The notes under the pieces were generated by a model. It did not search any database, was not told the origin of the DNA, and saw nothing but the letters and a program-made list of their open reading frames with translations. Both the position numbers and the translations under genes were made by a program. A DNA stretch of 63,655 nt, filler included, from Gemmatimonadota bacterium (GTDB lineage: Bacteria > 4572-55 > J002): assembly GCA_003697105.1 (NCBI GenBank). It is 6 parts of 6 records of this genome, joined end to end, with 100 filler letters (N's around TTAATTAATTAA, not from the genome) between each part and the next. Parts side by side here need not be neighbours in the genome. Positions count along the whole stretch, not along the records: positions 51,737 to 60,742 come from RFFQ01000150.1; positions 60,843 to 63,655 come from RFFQ01000173.1; 4 more parts are not named here. One strand, given 5' to 3'. Shown in pieces: positions 56,862 to 63,655 of this stretch. The stretch's first letter is position 1, and each line of letters opens with the position of its first letter.

Positions 56862-59066
56862 ATGGATGTTACACTATCACGACGACGGTTCCTAAAGATT
56901 AGTTCGGCAGCCCTGGGTTGGAGCGTTGCCGGAGGGACTTTGGGAAAAATATCCCCTCGCGCTTCGGCGGCAAATGCTACAAATGGAGGGATCGAGACGA
57001 TCCCCACCTACTGCGATATGTGCTTTTGGAAGTGTGGCGCGATTGCCTATAAACGAAATGGAAAACTCTGGAAGATTGAAGGCAATCCAGAAGACCCCTT
57101 GAGTCGAGGGCGATTATGCCCGCGGGGTACCGGTGGTATCGGGGCACATTATGATCCGGATCGATTGCGGGCACCCCTGATGCGCAAAGGTGAACGCGGC
57201 AATGAGCAGTGGGTACAGGTCACTTGGGATGAAGCCTTGAATTTTATTGCGGATAAAATGCAACAGATAAAGGCGGAATATGGTCCGGAAGCGGTTGCGC
57301 TTTTTAGTCACGGTATCGGGGGGACATTCTTCAAGCATACCATTAAAGCGTATGGCTCGCCGAATATCGCGGCACCTTCCTTTGCCCAGTGCCGGGGACC
57401 GCGAGATACCGGTTTTAATCTGACTTTTGGGGAAGGTGTAAGCACACCCGAACGTACGGACATCCGCCATGCCAGATGCCTGACATTAATCGGGTCTCAT
57501 TTGGGAGAAAACATGCACAATACGCAAGTGCAGGAGTTCTCCGAAGCCATCCAGAATGGTGCGTCCATTATTGTGGTGGACCCCCGCTATTCGATTGCCG
57601 CGAGTAAAGCCAAATATTATTTACCGATTAAACCCGGTACCGATATGGCGTTGCTGTTGGCATGGATGAATGTGATTGTGAATGAGGAATTGTACGATAA
57701 AGCTTACGTCAAAAAATATGGGTTTGGGTTCGAGGCTTTCCGGGCAGAAATTGCCCCATATACCCCAGAATGGGCGTACCCCGAAACAACCATTGAGCCT
57801 GATCTCATTCGAGCCACTGCCCGCGAAATGGCAAAACATAAACCGGCATCCCTCATCCATCCGGGGCGGCATGTTACCTGGTATGGGGATGATGCCCAGC
57901 GTAGCCGGGCGATTGCGTTGCTCAATGCGCTGTTGGGGAGCTGGGGTCGGAAAGGTGGGTTTTATTCCCCCGTCAGCATGGATGTGCCCAGCTATCCTTA
58001 TCCGCCCTACCCCCCATCTGAAAAAGGCAAAGTCGATAATCCTCATGAAAAATACCCGTATGCACATGGACATGGGGCACTGACCACCGGGATTCGGGAC
58101 GCTACCATCACGGGTGAACCGTATCCGGTTAAAGGCTGGTTTGTGTACGCCACCAATTTGATCAATGCACTACCCAATGAAAAAGAGACGATAGAAGCCA
58201 TCCAACATCTGGATTTGCTGGTTGTCATTGATGTAATTCCGAGCGAGATTGCCGGCTGGGCAGATGTCATTTTACCGGAATCGGTTTATCTGGAGCGGTA
58301 CGACGAATTAAATGTGGAATGGTTTCGAGACCCCTTTATTGCCCTTCGCCAACCGGTCGTTGAATCGCCCCATAATCAAAAACCAAACTGGTGGATCGCC
58401 AAAAAACTGGCTGAAAAACTGGGGTTAAGCGAGTACTATCCGTGGAACCACATTGAAGAGTACTTAGATTATCGATTGAAACACGCCGGTTACAGTTTGG
58501 CAGAGATAAAGAAAAAAGGTATCATCACAGGGGCAAAGCAACCCATCTATTTTGATGAAGGGGTGCCGGATGAATTCTACACCCCTTCCGGGAAAATCGA
58601 ATTTTATAGCTTACAATTGAAAGAAAAGGGATTTGACCCCGTGCCGAAATATACCCCCCCAGACCCTCCACCGCCGGGATTTTATCGCCTCCTGTATGGA
58701 CGAGCTCCCGTGCATTCGTTTGGACGCACGCAGACAAATCCACTATTAGCGGATATGATGGACGAAAATTCGGTGTGGATCCATGTGGACATTGCCCGGC
58801 GCTATGGATTAAAAACGGGAGACACGATCCGTCTGAAAAATCAGGATGGCGTTCTCAGCAATAAAGTCAAGGTGCTCGCTACAGAACGCATCCGAACGGA
58901 TTGTGTGTACCTCGTTCATGGGTTTGGGCACAAAAATAAAATGCTGAAACGTGCCTATATGAAGGGCGCCAGTGACGCCGAATTGATTACGCGCTACAAG
59001 ATCGACCCACTGATGGGGGGCACCGGTATGAACGTGAATTTTGTCACTTTTGAGATGGAGGCATAA
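56862..59066 (+). CDS. psrA: Polysulfide/thiosulfate reductase catalytic molybdopterin subunit (PsrA/PhsA-like)
   Basis: Tat signal SRRRFLK, FS0 motif CDMCFWKC..CPRG, probable Mo-ligand region PSFAQCRG, MopB binding domain. ATG at 56862 follows GAGG. Confidence 0.85.
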   Translation: MDVTLSRRRFLKISSAALGWSVAGGTLGKISPRASAANATNGGIETIPTYCDMCFWKCGAIAYKRNGKLWKIEGNPEDPLSRGRLCPRGTGGIGAHYDPDRLRAPLMRKGERGNEQWVQVTWDEALNFIADKMQQIKAEYGPEAVALFSHGIGGTFFKHTIKAYGSPNIAAPSFAQCRGPRDTGFNLTFGEGVSTPERTDIRHARCLTLIGSHLGENMHNTQVQEFSEAIQNGASIIVVDPRYSIAASKAKYYLPIKPGTDMALLLAWMNVIVNEELYDKAYVKKYGFGFEAFRAEIAPYTPEWAYPETTIEPDLIRATAREMAKHKPASLIHPGRHVTWYGDDAQRSRAIALLNALLGSWGRKGGFYSPVSMDVPSYPYPPYPPSEKGKVDNPHEKYPYAHGHGALTTGIRDATITGEPYPVKGWFVYATNLINALPNEKETIEAIQHLDLLVVIDVIPSEIAGWADVILPESVYLERYDELNVEWFRDPFIALRQPVVESPHNQKPNWWIAKKLAEKLGLSEYYPWNHIEEYLDYRLKHAGYSLAEIKKKGIITGAKQPIYFDEGVPDEFYTPSGKIEFYSLQLKEKGFDPVPKYTPPDPPPPGFYRLLYGRAPVHSFGRTQTNPLLADMMDENSVWIHVDIARRYGLKTGDTIRLKNQDGVLSNKVKVLATERIRTDCVYLVHGFGHKNKMLKRAYMKGASDAELITRYKIDPLMGGTGMNVNFVTFEMEA

Positions 59067-59070
59067 CACT

Positions 59071-59610
59071 ATGGCACGGTTAGCAATGGTCATCGATACG
59101 AAAAAATGTGTCGGTTGCATGGATTGTGTGGTCGCATGTAAAACCGAAAACAACGTACCCGAACATTTAGACCGGGACTGGCTGGTGTACGAAACACGCG
59201 GAAAATTCCCTACATTGCATATGGAAATACGTTCCGAGCGCTGTAATCACTGTGATAATCCCCCTTGCGTGTATTGTTGTCCCACCGGTGCCAGTCATGT
59301 TCATGATTTTGGGGGTGTGGTACTGGTGGATTACGATAAGTGTATCGGCTGTAAAGCCTGTTTAGCATCGTGTCCTTATGATGCGCGTTTCATCAATCCC
59401 AACGGATACGCGGAAAAATGCACTTTTTGCATTCATCGGACGGAAAAGGGGGATGACCCGGCGTGTGTCGCGGTTTGCCCCACCCATTGTATGTATTTTG
59501 GCGACATCGATGATCCCAATAGTGAAGTGAGCCGGTTACTCGCCTCCCGAAATCATCATGCGTTGTTGCCTGCCGCCGGCACAAAACCACAGATTTACTA
59601 TCTCACTTAA
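59071..59610 (+). CDS. psrB: 4x[4Fe-4S] subunit (PsrB/NrfC-like)
   Basis: CVGCMDC..C, CNHC..PC..CP, CIGCKAC..CP, CTFC..PAC..CP. Confidence 0.88.
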   Translation: MARLAMVIDTKKCVGCMDCVVACKTENNVPEHLDRDWLVYETRGKFPTLHMEIRSERCNHCDNPPCVYCCPTGASHVHDFGGVVLVDYDKCIGCKACLASCPYDARFINPNGYAEKCTFCIHRTEKGDDPACVAVCPTHCMYFGDIDDPNSEVSRLLASRNHHALLPAAGTKPQIYYLT

Positions 59611-59684
59611 TCCGATGTTGTGGGGTAAAAATACATTCCCCAACGTATTGGTAACGTTAAACTTATCAAATTAGAGGTTTACTT

Positions 59685-60623
59685 ATGATCGAAATTGTAT
59701 CCACCCGGCATAACGAAATGATCGACCCCCTGTTGCATGTTTGGGGCTGGGAGATTCCGGTTTATCTCTTTTTGGGAGGTTGGGTTGCCGGAATGATGAT
59801 TATCGCGGGATATTTTTTATTTAAGGGGCGAGCAAAGGCAGAGTGGTGCAGTTGTTTAGTTTTGCCCACAATCAGCCTCATTTTTTTAAGCCTCGGGATG
59901 CTGGCGCTCTTTTTGGATTTGGAGCATAAATTATATGTCTGGCGGTTGTACACTACCTTTGAGATTGCATCACCCATGTCTTGGGGCGCCTGGATTTTGC
60001 TGTTGGTCTATCCCGGACTGCTTGCCAATATGATTATCCGTATCCCGCCGTTTCTGGCAAAGCCTTTCCCGCGTTTAAAGTCGTTTTCCGCTATGGTGAA
60101 TGAGCACCCCGTTGCCATTAAAACGATAGGGGTTATCAATATGCTGTTGGGCGGGATGCTCGGTATTTATACCGGTATTTTGCTCAGTTCCTTAGGCGCG
60201 CGCCCCTTTTGGAATAGTTCCATTTTGGGTTTCCTGTTTCTGGTTTCTGGATTATCAACCGCCGCCGCATTTGTTCACATGGTGGCGAAAGACCGGTATG
60301 AGCGGGAATTGTTAGCAAAAGCAGATAACGCATTTTTAACGATTGAACTATTTGTTCTCGGCTTATTTTTAATCGGCTTGCTAACAGCAACGGAAGTTCA
60401 TCAACGGGCGGCACACTTGGTTTTAGGCGGTGAGTACACCGCCTTTTTCTGGGTGATTGTTGTGTTTATGGGCATCGTGATTCCCTTAATTTACCAATCG
60501 CTGGCAGTGAATCATAAAGTGCCACATTTGATGCTGATGCCTATTTTGGTCATTTGGGGAGGACTCATGCTCCGTTTTGTGATCGTTGTCGCGGGCCAAC
60601 ATAGTCATTGGGCACAATTTTAA
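59685..60623 (+). CDS. psrC: NrfD/PsrC membrane anchor
   Basis: WGWEIPVYLFLGG, DLEH, SPMSWGAW, YTGILL, RPFW; about 8 TM helices. Confidence 0.85.
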   Translation: MIEIVSTRHNEMIDPLLHVWGWEIPVYLFLGGWVAGMMIIAGYFLFKGRAKAEWCSCLVLPTISLIFLSLGMLALFLDLEHKLYVWRLYTTFEIASPMSWGAWILLLVYPGLLANMIIRIPPFLAKPFPRLKSFSAMVNEHPVAIKTIGVINMLLGGMLGIYTGILLSSLGARPFWNSSILGFLFLVSGLSTAAAFVHMVAKDRYERELLAKADNAFLTIELFVLGLFLIGLLTATEVHQRAAHLVLGGEYTAFFWVIVVFMGIVIPLIYQSLAVNHKVPHLMLMPILVIWGGLMLRFVIVVAGQHSHWAQF

Positions 60624-60649
60624 TGATTATCTGAACTACTATCCTTATT

Positions 60650-60742
60650 CAATACCTTCGCCAAAATTTGAGGTGACCTGATATTCTCTTTACATTATAG
60701 CATGATTGACTTTCTATTTTCATTCATTGCTATAAGAGGAGA
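60650..60742 (+). mobile_element. Left end of a putative IS (same terminal IR as 40876)
   Basis: CAATACCTTCGCCAAAA..GTGACCT, then an AT-rich promoter-like stretch ending in RBS AGGAGA at the contig break. Confidence 0.6.
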
Positions 60743-60842
60743 NNNNNNNNNNNNNNNNNNNNNNNNNNNNNNNNNNNNNNNNNNNNTTAATTAATTAANN
60801 NNNNNNNNNNNNNNNNNNNNNNNNNNNNNNNNNNNNNNNNNN
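60743..60842. other. Artificial contig linker
   Basis: N-runs plus TTAATTAATTAA. Confidence 0.98.
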
Positions 60843-60843
60843 G

Positions 60844-61029
60844 GAAAAGGAGAATGCCATCGCGGACTTGCGGGTGCTCATGGGTGCGACCAATTCCAAA
60901 GAAGCCGCTCCGGGTACGCTTCGCCAGTGCTACGGAACGGATATTCAAGAAAATGCGATTCACGGCTCCGACTCCCCTGAAACCGCACAAACCGAAATCG
61001 CTTTTTTTGAAAAATATTACAACAACTAA
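60844..61029 (+). CDS. ndk: Nucleoside-diphosphate kinase, 3' part (not in the ORF track)
   Basis: Manual translation [55 protein letters not shown] contains the NxxHGSD signature. Confidence 0.95.
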   Translation, partial: EKENAIADLRVLMGATNSKEAAPGTLRQCYGTDIQENAIHGSDSPETAQTEIAFFEKYYNN

Positions 61030-61135
61030 CCTTTCTTGGGGTCTCGCGGGGGTCGTATGGCTCCCGTGAGATGGCATTTTATCTGTAATTGGGGATCGGT
61101 ACTTGCCTAACGTCATTCACGTTGTAATTTGTTTC

Positions 61136-61164
61136 TTGACAAGTAACTTTAAGTATGCTATCAT
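61136..61164 (+). promoter_or_regulatory. Sigma70-type promoter of the repeat lipoprotein gene
   Basis: TTGACA-17 bp-TATCAT with extended -10 TG. Confidence 0.7.
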
Positions 61165-61248
61165 AAATTCATTATTATAACTAAGATAGGGAAATTATCT
61201 GGTACTACATGCATCTCGTTTTTAACTTTCAGGAAAGGTGAGTTCATC

Positions 61249-63655
61249 ATGGCAAGAACCCTCGCTTTTGTGCTATTGGTTTGTTTACTACCCTGGACGG
61301 TTGCCTCTTGTGCCCCTCCCGATTTTGCCGAGAGTAACAACGGTTCCACGGTTTCCTTAAATGCAGGACCCATTACGCTGGAAGGGATCATTTACGCCGA
61401 GGGGGGTTCGTTGGCGGATGGGTATACAGTCCGGTTGCTGAAAGGGAATACCTTTATCAAATCCACGCAAACCTCAGCAATCGGTTCCTTTCTGTTCAAA
61501 GGACTTTCCGCCGGTAGTTATAAGGTGGAAATTTTTGATCTGAGCGGAAATTTGATTCATGAAAAGAAAGGGATCAATCTCAAGGAGGGTCTTAATCGCC
61601 AACGGGTGGAAATCTGGTTGACCGAGTCTCCCTCATCGCAAGCCGCTCAGGAATATGCCACGATTGAAGGGGACGTTTCGCTGAAAGATGGCACGATCCT
61701 ACCCAAACATATGCTCGACCTAAAAACGGATACCGGTACCGGGGCGTTCCGGCAAACTATGACCAATGAGGCCGGGCACTACCGGTTTAGTGGCGTTCCG
61801 ATGGGTCAATATTACCTCGATGTGCGCTCGCCGGAGGGTGAAATCCTGAAGCAAAACCAACCGATCCGGATTTCCGCGACGGATAAAGTCTATACCATTG
61901 ATGTTCAGATTAGCAAAGATGCACCTTCGCCATCCATGCCTCACCAGATGGGAGACGTAAAAGGAAAAGGGCAAATTTCGGTGACGGTCACCACATCGGA
62001 TGATGACCCTCGGATGTACCGCGTCCGTTTAGAAGGTCCGGTAGTAACTGAAACTCAAAATACAAATGTGGAAGGGTGGGTGGTTTTCCGTAATATCCCC
62101 TATGGGGAATATCGCGTTTCGGTCTTTTCAGAAGATGGACGCTTGATTTCCGCTGATGAAGTGGCGACGATCAGTTTGGTAAATCCGAGTGATATGGTAA
62201 AAGTGATCTTGTCCCCGCAGATAACGGGGACGGTATCTTCCAAGCAAGAACTGGGTCAGATCAACATTGTTCTGGAAGGTCGAAAGCCGAATGCCCGGTA
62301 TCGAGTGGTTTTACTCGACAAAGATAATCAAGCGGTGCGTTATAAATGGTCAAGTGCTACTAACGGAACCGTTTCGTTTGGAAATCTACCGCTAGCCACG
62401 TACCGGGTCCAAATCTATTCCGAAGATACCAAACGAATTGTACATGATGGGGAACTCATTAGTATTTCCCCGCTGTTCCCGACGGATGAGCGCACGATCC
62501 ATCTTGGCGAAACTGCCTCCAAACAAGGGAAAATTACGGTAACGGCATTGAATAATGGACAACCAAATCCGAGTGCAAAATTTATCCTTGCCCCGAAAAC
62601 GGATCCAGCCCAAACTGTAGAACTCCACGTTGACCGGCAGGGTAATGCCGAGTTTAAGAATCTTGCCTTTCAGAGCTATGTTTTAACCGGATTCTATATG
62701 AATCGTAGCGGTCAAGCGGTTCAGTATGTCTCGCAGGAGATTACGCTCACGGAACAACAACCGGAATTTAGTGCCTCTTATGACCTGAACCGCTCTACAT
62801 CCCAGCCAGAAAAGCCGGTTCAAGTGACCGTCCGGTTTGTGGATATGAATCTGATGCCCATTACCGATGCTCCGGCAGTTTGCATACTTAAAGGCGATAA
62901 AAATGATTATTCTGCGCAAAAAACAATGCAAAACGGGCAAGCGGTATTTGAGGATGTGCCGAGTGGCTCCAAGCTTTTAGCGATAGTTACCTATAAGGGG
63001 AAAGAATACAGCAATAATTTTCCGGTGATGGCGCGGAAGAATTTCACGCTGGATGTCATTAATTCTTCTGATGAGGGTTCGTCACTATCTGCTTCGGCGG
63101 GGAGCGGTGTTTTTGAGGGGGTTCTCTCGGATGGGGGTTCTGGGATGGTGTACCGACTGGAACTGGTCGGGATTGATATCAATAAGAAAGAATTGGGATG
63201 GAGTACGGCAGAAGGGCGCTTTAAATTTGTTAATTTGCCCGATGGAACATACCGGTTGCGGGTGTATTGCACCTCTAGCCAACGGTTAGTGAGCAATAAC
63301 ACCAATGTCACGATCTCGGAACTGTTCCCCACCGTCTTTAAGGAAGTTCGAGTTGGCGGCTGTGATAATCCGGCAAGCATGACTCCGTTTGACGAAGCAT
63401 GTATGGGGATGCTGGAAGGATCGGTTCAATTTGCTTCCGGTGAAGCACAGGCAGGGACATATCTGGTATTAGAACATCAAAATAGTGATGCGAAGTTTTT
63501 CCGCTGGACGGAAGAGGATGGGACGTTCCGGTTCGATAACCTTTGCTATGGGACGTACCATCTCAAAATTTACAAGATGCCGGAGCGAGAACTGTTGAAA
63601 CAAGATATTGAAATTACGGTCTCGGAACTTATGCCACTTGTTTCTCGCAATGTGA
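61249..63655 (+). CDS. Large repeat lipoprotein, 3'-truncated (not in the ORF track): at least 8 carboxypeptidase-regulatory/CnaB-like domains
   Basis: RBS AAGGTGA. MARTLAFVLLVCLLPWTVAS-C lipobox. Frame runs to the window end. Repeat cores: FKGLSAGSY, FSGVPMGQY, FRNIPYGEY, FGNLPLATY, FKNLAFQSY, FEDVPSGS, FVNLPDGTY, FDNLCYGTY. Confidence 0.85.
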   Translation, partial: MARTLAFVLLVCLLPWTVASCAPPDFAESNNGSTVSLNAGPITLEGIIYAEGGSLADGYTVRLLKGNTFIKSTQTSAIGSFLFKGLSAGSYKVEIFDLSGNLIHEKKGINLKEGLNRQRVEIWLTESPSSQAAQEYATIEGDVSLKDGTILPKHMLDLKTDTGTGAFRQTMTNEAGHYRFSGVPMGQYYLDVRSPEGEILKQNQPIRISATDKVYTIDVQISKDAPSPSMPHQMGDVKGKGQISVTVTTSDDDPRMYRVRLEGPVVTETQNTNVEGWVVFRNIPYGEYRVSVFSEDGRLISADEVATISLVNPSDMVKVILSPQITGTVSSKQELGQINIVLEGRKPNARYRVVLLDKDNQAVRYKWSSATNGTVSFGNLPLATYRVQIYSEDTKRIVHDGELISISPLFPTDERTIHLGETASKQGKITVTALNNGQPNPSAKFILAPKTDPAQTVELHVDRQGNAEFKNLAFQSYVLTGFYMNRSGQAVQYVSQEITLTEQQPEFSASYDLNRSTSQPEKPVQVTVRFVDMNLMPITDAPAVCILKGDKNDYSAQKTMQNGQAVFEDVPSGSKLLAIVTYKGKEYSNNFPVMARKNFTLDVINSSDEGSSLSASAGSGVFEGVLSDGGSGMVYRLELVGIDINKKELGWSTAEGRFKFVNLPDGTYRLRVYCTSSQRLVSNNTNVTISELFPTVFKEVRVGGCDNPASMTPFDEACMGMLEGSVQFASGEAQAGTYLVLEHQNSDAKFFRWTEEDGTFRFDNLCYGTYHLKIYKMPERELLKQDIEITVSELMPLVSRNV

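Noticed and set aside
45418-59610. Selenocysteine or stop-codon recoding in the redox enzymes
   Set aside because: The FadF-like, PsrA and PsrB frames are uninterrupted, with Cys at the expected sites.
17116-60842. Five identical TTAATTAATTAA palindromes inside N-runs
   Set aside because: These are artificial six-frame-stop contig linkers. Gene adjacency across them has no biological meaning.
60787-63380. Short track ORFs on the last contig
   Set aside because: They are shadows of the real plus-strand ndk fragment and the 61249 lipoprotein ORF.

Overview
This window is not one contiguous locus. It holds six draft-assembly contigs (1-17115, 17216-30588, 30689-40972, 41073-51636, 51737-60742, 60843-63655) joined by artificial 100-nt linkers (N-run, TTAATTAATTAA, N-run). 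The organism looks like an anaerobic or facultative diderm bacterium. Secreted proteins ending in 'YPNPFN' FlgD-Ig/T9SS-like C-terminal domains suggest the FCB group (KSB1/Calditrichota-like; inference). Signal transduction dominates. There is a 7-gene run with three soluble TPR-histidine kinases, several REC-kinase hybrids, two paralogous sigma54 activators, a CheR-TPR/CheW-CheW cluster, a GAF-SpoIIE phosphatase and an RsbR-less stressosome-like operon (rsbS-rsbT-rsbT-rsbX-HD). Other genes: deoC with a His-rich leader, a stand-alone ftsZ, dsbD, a FadF-like Fe-S oxidoreductase, a TMTC-like glycosyltransferase, a Zn-peptidase-grpE-dnaJ operon with a sigma54-type promoter, psrABC-like molybdoenzyme genes and partial ndk. 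Four items are not visible in the ORF track. (i) An unlisted ORF of at least 800 aa at 61249 encodes a lipoprotein made of ~100-aa beta-sandwich repeats; the same repeat type fills the truncated ORF that precedes a secreted caspase-PEGA gene and a TPR lipoprotein gene. (ii) A solitary integron gene cassette with an attC site lies at 42679-43121. (iii) Both ends of an IS element sit at two contig breaks, and one of them interrupts a hybrid kinase. (iv) Paired candidate enhancer sites lie downstream of both sigma54 activators. All family assignments come from motif recognition, not database searches.
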